IMG/VR virus record: IMGVR_UViG_3300031825_000025
Coordinates: 1 to 42,775 of that record
Direction: 5' to 3' (one strand)
Length of the DNA stretch: 42,775 bases
Source of the DNA: a virus
Lineage: Duplodnaviria; Caudoviricetes
The notes beneath the pieces are model-generated. The model searched no databases. It was given only the letters and a program-made list of their open reading frames with translations, and was not told where the DNA came from. The position numbers and the translations under genes were made by a program. This document shows, one piece after another, positions 1-7,967 of the stretch (the first letter of the stretch is position 1; each line of letters starts with the position of its first letter).

Positions 1-54
1 GCTATAATACGCGAGCCGAGGGACCCCAGCCTGGCTGGAGCCCACGCAGGATAC

Positions 55-127
<73 letters not shown>

Positions 128-132
128 ACTAG

Positions 133-168
133 AGTCCCCGGGAGATCTTTTCTCCTGGGGGCTTTTTT
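133..168 (+). terminator. Intrinsic terminator supplied by the phage downstream of the tRNA
   Basis: AGTCCCCGGGAGA-tcttt-TCTCCTGGGGGCT followed by a T run. Confidence 0.8.
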
Positions 169-234
169 CGTACCTACGAGCTCGCCCCTCGCCCCAAGCT
201 CCAGCGGCCCCAGCTGAGCCACTCTTTCCGTTCC

Positions 235-633
235 CTATTCCTCGCTGCGACGTTCCAGTTCGGCGGCGACGGCATCGCGCAATAGCTCCAAGGCGGCGCT
301 CGGCGTCCTCTCGAACTGTAATTGCAGCATGTCCCCGCCCAGCAGCTCCCGCGTGGCCAGGTGCGTGGGCACCATGATGACCTGGAACTCCGGCTCGCAT
401 CCCGCCACGCGGAGCGTGCGCTCTCGTAGAGCCGGCCCTGCTCCTATCGCGCCGAGAAACTCCCGCAGTTCCCTGCATTCCGGTCGTTCTCGATTTTCGA
501 ACCAAGCCGTGAGCTTCGGTAATGGCAGCTTCGCCGCCTCCGCCGCTCGCGCCAGGTCCTCCGTCCGCACCGCGTCGCCGTCCAGGGTCTGCATGTAATC
601 CCGCACGGCGCGCCCAATGAGTGAGCCTAGCAC
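235..633 (-). CDS. Putative XRE-like HTH protein (start uncertain, GTG 633 or ATG 594)
   Basis: EDLARAAEAAKLPLPKLTAWFENRERP resembles an XRE helix-turn-helix; the longer 235..951 ORF has a non-coding-looking N-terminus that overlaps the 701..940 gene. Confidence 0.55.
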   Translation of the reverse strand: MLGSLIGRAVRDYMQTLDGDAVRTEDLARAAEAAKLPLPKLTAWFENRERPECRELREFLGAIGAGPALRERTLRVAGCEPEFQVIMVPTHLATRELLGGDMLQLQFERTPSAALELLRDAVAAELERRSEE

Positions 634-700
634 TCTATCGTTCCCTTCCGTAACCTCACCCCCTCTCGACGGTGACGTACCGGGTCGGTATGATTCTCGT

Positions 701-940
701 ATGTCCACGCCTTCGCAGTCCTCAACTCTTCGTGCCCTCGCCAACGTCCCCGACGCCGAGTTGGACGCCCGGATCGGAAACCAGGTCCGGCGAGTGGACC
801 TACTCACCGCACTCCTCGCGGAGGCGGAAAGCCAACTCCGCACACTAAAAGCTGAAGGCGCACTCCGCGACATGAACCTCCGAGACGACCCTTCCTTCTG
901 CGAAATCGTCGGGCTTCCCCGACGAACCGTAGAAATGTAG
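701..940 (+). CDS. Small hypothetical protein, probably leaderless
   Basis: TCGACG-N17-TATGAT (666-694) sits 6 nt before ATG 701; helical 79-aa ORF. Confidence 0.55.
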   Translation: MSTPSQSSTLRALANVPDAELDARIGNQVRRVDLLTALLAEAESQLRTLKAEGALRDMNLRDDPSFCEIVGLPRRTVEM

Positions 941-978
941 GGAACAGACACTCCCTTCGGCTAGGGAGCTGTGGCCCC

Positions 979-1308
979 TTACAGGGCCGATGCACCCACA
1001 CCACTCCAGGCCGCTTGCCCAGTGATGTGGGGGCGCATTACACGGCCGCCACTGGCCGACCATGCTTCCGCATCAAACCGCAGCCAACCTTTTCCAGCCG
1101 CGGACAGGAAGACGTTCGGGTCCTTCTCCAACGCCCGAGCCAAAGCAACAATCGCCTCTGCTCCCGGAACTTTCCCGGCACGCATCTCTGCGATTGTCGC
1201 GTGAGACACCAGACCGCGCGCTCGCCGCGCCGCTTCCCGATTGCTGAGCCCAGCCTCGGCGAGAGTTTCACGCACCAACTCCCCGAACCGATCCGAATAC
1301 TCCGCCAC
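979..1308 (-). CDS. CI-like XRE-family repressor (no peptidase domain)
   Basis: GLSNREAARRARGLVSHATIAEMRAGKVPGAEAIVALARAL is a typical XRE HTH; GGAGG RBS; divergent from the cro-like gene. Confidence 0.8.
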   Translation of the reverse strand: MAEYSDRFGELVRETLAEAGLSNREAARRARGLVSHATIAEMRAGKVPGAEAIVALARALEKDPNVFLSAAGKGWLRFDAEAWSASGGRVMRPHITGQAAWSGVGASAL

Positions 1309-1345
1309 TTCATCACCTCCTCTCGATTGAGGTGATTGTATCCCG

Positions 1346-1432
1346 TGACAGAAGAACTTTCAACGCGAGTATTTACATCGCGTTGACAAATCTTCTTCCA
1401 CGGGATAGAACCTATTGACAGAAGATTTTTCA
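1346..1432. promoter_or_regulatory. Lysis/lysogeny switch: three 17-bp operator-like repeats and a rightward promoter
   Basis: TGACAGAAGAACTTTCA (1346-1362), TGACAAATCTTCTTCCA (1384-1400, inverted copy), TGACAGAAGATTTTTCA (1416-1432); TTGACA-N17-TAGAAC at 1383-1411. Confidence 0.7.
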
Positions 1433-1458
1433 CCACCACACGGCCTGCGAGGGGACGG

Positions 1459-1674
1459 ATGAGCGCCTTCAACAAGACCAGCATGATGACCGCCATCGAG
1501 AAAGCAAACGGCGGGAAACCGATCCAAGAGATCGTCCGCGAGGCCCTCAACAAGCACGGCACCATCGAAGGCGCGGCGAAGGAGCTGGGGATAGCATCTC
1601 GCACGCTTCGGCTTCTGTGGATGCCCGCAATGGGGATCGAGATGAAGACGATGGCCGTCCAGGTCACGCACTAG
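1459..1674 (+). CDS. Cro-like small HTH protein (Fis-type HTH)
   Basis: REALNKHGTIEGAAKELGIASRTL HTH; first gene of the rightward operon; GAGGGG RBS. Confidence 0.7.
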   Translation: MSAFNKTSMMTAIEKANGGKPIQEIVREALNKHGTIEGAAKELGIASRTLRLLWMPAMGIEMKTMAVQVTH

Positions 1675-1685
1675 CTTTCCACGCA

Positions 1686-1721
1686 AAACGCCCCCACTGG
1701 CGCGAACCAGTGGGGGCGTTT
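1686..1721 (+). terminator. Stem-loop after the cro-like gene (tR1-like position)
   Basis: AAACGCCCCCACTGG-cgcgaa-CCAGTGGGGGCGTTT, perfect 15-bp stem. Confidence 0.65.
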
Positions 1722-1798
1722 CTCTAACCGCCCGGCAGGTGGATGTAACACCTCGGGCCACGTCACCCGCCCCAGTTCGGGGAGCGAGGACACCGCAA

Positions 1799-2275
1799 AT
1801 GCTACTGAAAGAACGCACGATCCGTCAAACCCGCCGCACGGGGGCCACCCCGCCGGCCGCCGCATCCCCCGCCGTGCCCGCCGCCGTCATCCAGGGCATC
1901 CGGGACCTCATCGAGCGGGAGATCGCGCAGCGGCGCTTCCGCCCGGCCCGCGTCTACCTCGCCGGCCGCACGATCACCGGCAGCGCCCTGATCCGCCCGG
2001 ATGGCTGGGTGGACGTGTACGACGACGACATCGCCGAGGAGCTGAGCACGAAGCTGGGACGCGTCCAGGTGCAGCTGGTGAAGGCCCGCGCCGCCGCCGA
2101 CCGGGAGCAGATCGCCGACCTGGAGCGAGACGCGCAGGCGCTGGAGACGGAGATCACCTGGCGCGAGGGCGTGGTGTGCGAGTCCTTCCCGTCGCACCGG
2201 ATCTCCGTCATCGACTGGCTGCAAGACGACGAGCCGGCCACCGGCTGTGACCTGTTCGGCATGGAGATCAACTGA
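1799..2275 (+). CDS. Hypothetical early protein
   Basis: GAGGA RBS before ATG 1799; GC3-rich codons; coiled-coil segment. Confidence 0.7.
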   Translation: MLLKERTIRQTRRTGATPPAAASPAVPAAVIQGIRDLIEREIAQRRFRPARVYLAGRTITGSALIRPDGWVDVYDDDIAEELSTKLGRVQVQLVKARAAADREQIADLERDAQALETEITWREGVVCESFPSHRISVIDWLQDDEPATGCDLFGMEIN

Positions 2276-2276
2276 G

Positions 2277-2819
2277 ATGGGCAAGCCCAGCACTGAACTT
2301 ACCGTGGGCTTTTACAAGCCCACGAAGCGCTTTCACTCCATCACCGAGCACGTCGCCGTGATGACTCCGGAGGGTGGGCTGATCGCGGTCACGGGGCCTT
2401 CCGATCCTCGCGACCCGAACAGCGAGTCTCACCTCGCCGCAGCCCGGCTCTTCGCCGCTTCCAACCGGATGCTGACGGCTATCGAGTTCGCGCTCAGCGT
2501 CTTTGCCCCCACGGCCTGTGAGACCAGCGAGCGCATGGCCCTGGGTTTCCTGGAGGCGGCTAGAGTCGCCGCTCTCAATGGAACGGATTGTCATTGCGGC
2601 CGTCCACTGGACACCACTCTCAAGCTGATCCAAGGCCAGTGCGAGGAGTGCGAAGCGCTCGCAATTGCCCAGGAGCAGGAAGAGGCGGGAGCTCAGGCGG
2701 AGCGGGACGCCCTTCGCATCACGGAAGGGCTCAAGAAGGCAAATGCTGAGGCCCTGGCTTGCATTCCGGCCCTCGGCCTCACCGGCGCCGCCACGTGGTC
2801 CACTCCGGAGGGCGACTGA
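2277..2819 (+). CDS. Hypothetical protein with a CxC...CxxC motif
   Basis: Tightly coupled to both neighbours; CHCG...CEEC. Confidence 0.65.
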   Translation: MGKPSTELTVGFYKPTKRFHSITEHVAVMTPEGGLIAVTGPSDPRDPNSESHLAAARLFAASNRMLTAIEFALSVFAPTACETSERMALGFLEAARVAALNGTDCHCGRPLDTTLKLIQGQCEECEALAIAQEQEEAGAQAERDALRITEGLKKANAEALACIPALGLTGAATWSTPEGD

Positions 2820-2820
2820 G

Positions 2821-3096
2821 ATGGAGCAATACATCCTCTTCAAGCGCGAGACCTGCCCCGCCTGCGACGCCAACGGAGAGACGTGCCGGCTGTGCAACGG
2901 CGCCGGCTACACGGAGACCCGCGTGGACCTGGTGCAGGCCCTCCAGCAACTCGGCCTCACCGGCGCGATGGCCGCACAGGCCAAGGCCCTCCAGGAACTG
3001 CGCGAGCAGGTCGCTCCCGAGCGTCTCCAGGAAGTCGCGCAGCGGGCCGTGACGCTGGCCCACCGGGACGGACACCCCCAAGGAGGCCGGCGGTGA
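2821..3096 (+). CDS. Small Zn-finger protein (DnaJ-like CxxCxGxG)
   Basis: MEQYILFKRETCPACDANGETCRLCNGAGY; GGAGG RBS. Confidence 0.7.
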   Translation: MEQYILFKRETCPACDANGETCRLCNGAGYTETRVDLVQALQQLGLTGAMAAQAKALQELREQVAPERLQEVAQRAVTLAHRDGHPQGGRR

Positions 3097-3497
3097 GCAA
3101 GCTCCCACTTCCCGAACTCAGCCCGACTGCGCGCGCCGGGCTCTTCGCGCTGGCGGAAGAAGGCCGCGAGCGCCACCTGCGCTCCCGCGGCGCCCCGCAG
3201 TCCGAGGGCGGCCCGCACACCATCCAGATCTTCGCGGCCCTGCTCTGGATCCGCCGGGTGGAGCTGGATGTGCAGACACAGGCGGAGCCGGACGCCCTCC
3301 CCAGCAGCCCCGCCACGCTCCCGCTCAGCGTCCGCCTCGGCCTGGCCGCACTGGCCCGCCGGGTGCAGTTAGCCGAGCTACTGGACCACCTGGCGGCGCA
3401 GGGCGCTTCCCGGGCCGAAGTGCTCGCCGTGGAGCACGCCGTGACCTATCTGCTCCAGGCGGAGCTGCCGGCCAAGTCGGAACGGGAGGGCGCGTGA
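3093..3497 (+). CDS. Hypothetical protein
   Basis: GTGA overlap with the previous stop; AAGGAGG RBS. Confidence 0.6.
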   Translation: MSKLPLPELSPTARAGLFALAEEGRERHLRSRGAPQSEGGPHTIQIFAALLWIRRVELDVQTQAEPDALPSSPATLPLSVRLGLAALARRVQLAELLDHLAAQGASRAEVLAVEHAVTYLLQAELPAKSEREGA

Positions 3498-3655
3498 TGC
3501 TCTGGCACGACGACGCCGCTCCCACCCGCTCTCGCGCCGACGTGGCGGCGCAGCTCCTGGCCACGTGGGCCACCGCCCTCGGCGTGCTGGCCGCCGCCGC
3601 GTTCGGCTGGCTGGCGCTCTCGGTGCTCGTGGCCGCCTGCGGAGGGGTCCGCTGA
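3497..3655 (+). CDS. Small membrane protein (52 aa)
   Basis: TGATG coupling; hydrophobic stretch LLATWATALGVLAAAAFGWLALSVLVAAC. Not in the supplied ORF track. Confidence 0.6.
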   Translation: MLWHDDAAPTRSRADVAAQLLATWATALGVLAAAAFGWLALSVLVAACGGVR

Positions 3656-3698
3656 TGGCACAACTCATCACTTCCGCCGCCCTGATAGGAGCCCGCCC

Positions 3699-4142
3699 GT
3701 GATTACCCTGCGTTTGGACAAAGGCAGCTACACCGTGGAGATCTCCGGCGAGACGCCCAACGAGGTGCTCGCGCAAGCGGAGCTGTTCTCCGCCCTGCCG
3801 GCGACGTGCCCGCTCTGCGGCGCCGCGGTCCACTTCACCCACCGCACGCCCCAGAAGTACGAGTACTTCGGGCTCGCCTGTGACGGCAGCCCGGCGCACG
3901 AGTCGACCTTCGGCGAGCGGATCGAGGGCAGCACCCTCTACTACAAGGGCGCGCAAAGCTGGAGCATCGCGCCCGTCCGCGCCCGGGACTGCCAGCCGGA
4001 GCCGGAGCACGTGCCGCAGCGGGCCGTCCGTCCGACGCCGCCTCCCGCCCGGCCGGCTACCGCCGCGGTCCATCACCAGCGGCCCCCGCAGCCCGCGGCG
4101 CGCACCGGTTACCGCACCCACCCGGCCGACCGGCCCGCCTGA
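3699..4142 (+). CDS. Hypothetical Zn-binding protein
   Basis: AGGAG RBS; CPLC...C...H; Pro-rich tail. Confidence 0.65.
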   Translation: MITLRLDKGSYTVEISGETPNEVLAQAELFSALPATCPLCGAAVHFTHRTPQKYEYFGLACDGSPAHESTFGERIEGSTLYYKGAQSWSIAPVRARDCQPEPEHVPQRAVRPTPPPARPATAAVHHQRPPQPAARTGYRTHPADRPA

Positions 4143-4150
4143 CGTAAGGA

Positions 4151-4193
4151 AGCGCCGGAGTGGGCCATCACCCCACTCCGGCGCTGTTTGTTT
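4151..4193 (+). terminator. Intrinsic terminator upstream of the primase
   Basis: AGCGCCGGAGTGGG-ccatcac-CCCACTCCGGCGCT then GTTTGTTT. Confidence 0.7.
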
Positions 4194-4286
4194 CGTGCCT
4201 CGCCAGCACTTGACCGGTCGCCCCACGAAAGGGCGGCGGCTTCTTTCGTACTATAGCACACACGTTCGCCAGATAACATCGCCACG

Positions 4287-6893
4287 ATGACCTATACATC
4301 CCCTGCCGCGGCAGAGAACGGCCTCCTCGGCGCTGTCCTGTCCCGGTTCGAAGGCGTGAAGCAGCGCGGAGACCAATACAAGGTCCGCTGCCCCGCCCAT
4401 GAAGACCAGGAAGCCAGTCTCTCCATCACGCTCGGAAGAGACGGCCGCATCCTGTTGAAATGCTTCGCCGGCTGCGACTGGCGGGACATCACCCGCGCCG
4501 CCGGCCTGAAAGAGGCCGACCTCTTTCCGCCCACCAGTAAACAGCGCTCCTCCCAGCCCGCCGCTCAGAGCCGGAACGGCCACCACCCCTCGAACGGGAA
4601 CGGCAAGCCCGCAGCGCCGCCGGTGAACGAGCGCATGGCGCCCCCGGAAGAGCGCGCCACCATCGTGGCCACCTACGACTACCATGACGCCGCCGGCAAG
4701 CTGCTCTTCCAGGTGGTCCGCTACCAGCCCAAAGGCTTCAAGCAGCGCCGGCCGGACGGGCAGGGCAACTGGGTCTGGGGCCTCGGAGAAGGGTGGTACA
4801 ACCGCAAGTGGGGCCGGGACTGGTACCGGGTCAAAAAGCAGACCGACGCCGACCACTGCCCGGAGACGGGTGCGAAGTGGTTCGCCTCCTGTGAACCGGT
4901 CCTCTTCCGCCTCCCGGAGGTGCTGGCCGCGATCCGCCGGGGCCAGCGCGTCTACCCGGTGGAAGGGGAGAAGGACGCCGAAGAGTTGATCCGGCTCGGG
5001 CTCTGCGCCACTACCGCCCCGATGGGCGCGAACAAGTGGCGGCCCAGCTACACCGCCACTCTCTCCGGAGCGCACCTCTGCTTCATCCCGGATAACGACA
5101 CGCCGGGGCTGGAGCACGTCCAGGCCGCCGCCGCGGACTGCTTCCCCGTCGCCGGCAGCGTCCGCGTGCTGAACCTCGCCGAAGCGCGCAGCCTGGACGT
5201 CCTCCCGCTGCCCCCCAAGGGCGACGTGTTCGACTGGCTCCGGCTCGGCGGCACCCGCACCCTCCTGGAGCGCCTGGCGGACGGCGTGCCCCCCTGGACC
5301 GTCCCGCCGGCCGGCGGCGACGACGACGAAGAGCCCTCGCAGCGCTTCCCCCATACGGACCTCGGCAACGCAGAGCGCCTGATCGACCGCCACGGAAAGG
5401 ACCTGCGCTATCTGGCGGCAGCCTCTGAGTGGTGCGTGTGGGACGGCACCCGCTGGGGACGCGACGCGGACGGCGAGATCGTGCGCCGCGCGATCGAGAC
5501 GGTACGGGCCATCAATGAAGAGATCAAAGCGGAGAAGGATAACAACCACCGCAATTGGCTTGTCCGCCACCAGCAAAACTCCGAGGGCGCCAAGAAGATC
5601 GAGTCCATGATCAAGCTGGCGAAGAGCCTGCCCGGCATCCCCGTCAAGCACAGCGATCTCGACAGCGACCACTGGGCCCTGAACCTGAAGAACGGCACGG
5701 TCGACCTGCGCTCCGGGCTCCTCCGCCCGCACCAGCGGGAAGACCTCCACACCCTCCGGATCGAGCTGGAATACGATCCGGACGCCGAATGCCCCACCTG
5801 GCTGCGGTTCTTGCGGGAAGTCATGGACGGCGATCAGGAGCTGGTGGAGTACCTGCAGCGGGCCATCGGCTACACCATCTCCGGCACCATCCGGGAGCAT
5901 GCGTTCTGGATCCATCACGGCCGCGGGCGCAACGGTAAGAGCACCTTCCTGGACATCGTGCGCGCGCTGCTGGGTCCCTACGCCGAGACCGCCGCCTTCG
6001 ATACCTTCCTCAACAACCGCAATCGCTCCGGCCCCCGGGATGACCTGGCCGACCTGGCCGGCAAACGCATGGTCAGCGCTTCCGAAAGCCCCGAGGGCTG
6101 CCGGTTGGACGAAGCGGTCATCAAGCAGATCACCGGCGGCGACCCTATACGCGCGCGCGCCCTCCACAAAGCTGGGTTCGTCTACCAACCCACCTACAAA
6201 ATCCACCTCGCCGCCAACCACTTGCCTCACATTCGGGGGGATGACGAAGGGATCTGGCAGCGCATCCATCGCGTGCCCTGGCTGGTGTCCTTCGCCAGCA
6301 AGCCGGATCTAACGCTGCCGGCCAAGCTCCGCGCGGAGCTGCCCGGGGTCCTACGGTGGGCGGTCCAGGGCTGTCTCGACTGGCAGCAGGGCGGATTGCA
6401 GCCTCCGAAAGGCGTGCTGGATGCGGTGGCCGACTACCGCAAAGACATGGACGTCGTGTCGCTCTTCCTTTCGGAGTGCTGCGTGAACGCCCTCGGCGCC
6501 CGGATCGCGGCCTCAGACCTCTACCTCGCCTACAAGAACTGGACGGAGCAGGTCGGAGAGCGCCCCTTGACCAGCCGCCAGTTCAATGAGCGGCTGCGGA
6601 GCCGGGGCGTTCGGGAGACGCTGCCCAATCACAAGCTCCATTTTCACGATTTGGGCCTCTTGGACACCCGCCAGGGAGAGGAAACCGCATGCGATGGTAC
6701 AGAGAGGGGAGGTAGGGGAGGTAGGGGAGGTGATTCTAGTAACTCTGCTCATGCTGGTTGGAGCGAGTCACTGCATGTTACCTCCCCTACCTCCCCTCAT
6801 GACATGACTTCATGCAATCGCCAGCCGGAGGAGAGCCTGTTTGATTCTCCCGTTGTCGAAGAAACGGAGGGTCCGACGTGGTATCAGTCGTGA
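4287..6893 (+). CDS. Primase-helicase (N-terminal Zn finger, TOPRIM, P4/D5-family SF3 helicase)
   Basis: CPAHED...CFAGC Zn finger; VEGEKD and PDND TOPRIM motifs; TDLGNAERL D5-N start; Walker A HGRGRNGKST; IKQITGGD. Confidence 0.93.
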   Translation: MTYTSPAAAENGLLGAVLSRFEGVKQRGDQYKVRCPAHEDQEASLSITLGRDGRILLKCFAGCDWRDITRAAGLKEADLFPPTSKQRSSQPAAQSRNGHHPSNGNGKPAAPPVNERMAPPEERATIVATYDYHDAAGKLLFQVVRYQPKGFKQRRPDGQGNWVWGLGEGWYNRKWGRDWYRVKKQTDADHCPETGAKWFASCEPVLFRLPEVLAAIRRGQRVYPVEGEKDAEELIRLGLCATTAPMGANKWRPSYTATLSGAHLCFIPDNDTPGLEHVQAAAADCFPVAGSVRVLNLAEARSLDVLPLPPKGDVFDWLRLGGTRTLLERLADGVPPWTVPPAGGDDDEEPSQRFPHTDLGNAERLIDRHGKDLRYLAAASEWCVWDGTRWGRDADGEIVRRAIETVRAINEEIKAEKDNNHRNWLVRHQQNSEGAKKIESMIKLAKSLPGIPVKHSDLDSDHWALNLKNGTVDLRSGLLRPHQREDLHTLRIELEYDPDAECPTWLRFLREVMDGDQELVEYLQRAIGYTISGTIREHAFWIHHGRGRNGKSTFLDIVRALLGPYAETAAFDTFLNNRNRSGPRDDLADLAGKRMVSASESPEGCRLDEAVIKQITGGDPIRARALHKAGFVYQPTYKIHLAANHLPHIRGDDEGIWQRIHRVPWLVSFASKPDLTLPAKLRAELPGVLRWAVQGCLDWQQGGLQPPKGVLDAVADYRKDMDVVSLFLSECCVNALGARIAASDLYLAYKNWTEQVGERPLTSRQFNERLRSRGVRETLPNHKLHFHDLGLLDTRQGEETACDGTERGGRGGRGGDSSNSAHAGWSESLHVTSPTSPHDMTSCNRQPEESLFDSPVVEETEGPTWYQS

Positions 6894-6949
6894 CCCTCCG
6901 CGCGAATGCGTTGAGTTACTGCGCTCAACCTCCCCTACCTCCCCTCATG
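6705..6949. repeat. Iteron-like 9-mer cluster (AGGGGAGGT), candidate replication origin
   Basis: Three direct copies at 6705-6731, two inverted at 6780-6797 and two inverted at 6928-6945; the 22-bp ACCTCCCCTACCTCCCCTCATG is duplicated at 6780 and 6928. Confidence 0.75.
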
Positions 6950-6973
6950 TCTGCAAAGCATACAAAGGGGCGG

Positions 6974-7297
6974 TTAACTGCCTCGGTATTCGACAGGAGG
7001 CCAATCGGGGATTTCGTCCAGCAGCTCCTTCCACGTGGCGCTCAGCCCCGCGTACATCGGCCCGCGCGGTTGATACAGCACTTCGCCGGTCCTGCTGTCC
7101 AATACCACCGCGCGCGGATCGGCTACGAACAAACCGCCTCGCGTCATCATCTGGCCATTCAGTCGTTGAGAACGGGTCAATTCAGCCGTGGGGCACAGGG
7201 TGCCCTCGGCCATCATGACGCCCTTCCACACTCCGTCCACTTCCACCACGTTGCCGGACGGATACAGCACGCGCAGCTTGCGCTCCTGGTTCATCAC
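6974..7297 (-). CDS. Hypothetical protein, antisense to the early operon (moron-like)
   Basis: AAGGGGAGG RBS before GTG/ATG; protein-like composition; fills the gap after the primase. Confidence 0.65.
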   Translation of the reverse strand: MMNQERKLRVLYPSGNVVEVDGVWKGVMMAEGTLCPTAELTRSQRLNGQMMTRGGLFVADPRAVVLDSRTGEVLYQPRGPMYAGLSATWKELLDEIPDWPPVEYRGS

Positions 7298-7327
7298 GCC
7301 TCCCTTTCGACCTTGGAATTTCTGCTT

Positions 7328-7525
7328 ATGCAGCGATCAAGCAAGGATACCAAAGGCTGTTCCGACTCCGCCAACGAATCCCGCCTGGAGCACCTCGAAG
7401 CCGTCGCCGAGGCCGCGCGCCCCCTCGTGGACCGTGCCGAAGGCCCGGACTACTCGGAGCGCCTCGCCCGGCTCCGCTCCGCCCTGCGCCACCTGGACGC
7501 GCTGAAGCCGGAGGGCAAGCCATGA
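7328..7525 (+). CDS. Small hypothetical protein (start uncertain)
   Basis: The 3' part of ORF 6878..7525 has phage-like codon use; ATGA overlap with the next gene. Confidence 0.45.
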   Translation: MQRSSKDTKGCSDSANESRLEHLEAVAEAARPLVDRAEGPDYSERLARLRSALRHLDALKPEGKP

Positions 7526-7908
7526 CCGCCGCGGATCTCACCCTCCTCAGCCCGGAGCTCGAAACCCGGAACGCGGCACGGAACGCCGAAGCGGAAGCGG
7601 ACACGGAGTACGACGACTACCAGCAGCGCCGGCGGGAGGCGGAGCTGCTCGCGGGCCAACTCGGCTATCCGCGCATGTCCGAGGTCGGCGTCTACGGCGG
7701 CGGCGCTCTGTGGGGTTACGCCATTACCGGCGCCAATCCGGAGCGCCTCACGCAGTTGGAAGCGGCGCTGCTCAGCTGGCGGGCCGGGAACCGCAGCTGG
7801 GACGTGCCGGCGATCATCTGCCCCGTGTGCCAGGAACAGGGCTACATCCGGCACGCCCAATGCCCCCGTTGTAAGGGCGTCGGCCGGCTGGCCCGGGATT
7901 GGAAGTAA
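7522..7908 (+). CDS. Hypothetical protein with a C-terminal Zn finger
   Basis: CPVCQEQG...CPRCKGVG; GGAGG RBS. Confidence 0.7.
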   Translation: MTAADLTLLSPELETRNAARNAEAEADTEYDDYQQRRREAELLAGQLGYPRMSEVGVYGGGALWGYAITGANPERLTQLEAALLSWRAGNRSWDVPAIICPVCQEQGYIRHAQCPRCKGVGRLARDWK

Positions 7909-7967
7909 GGTCCGGGAGCGGTGTCATCACCACCGCCCCCGGCAAGTGACCCCCTGAAAGGACTCAG

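Noticed and set aside
6705-6949. CRISPR array or diversity-generating retroelement repeats
   Set aside because: The units are 9-mers without unique spacers; no cas or reverse transcriptase gene and no adenine-variant repeat pair was seen in the window.
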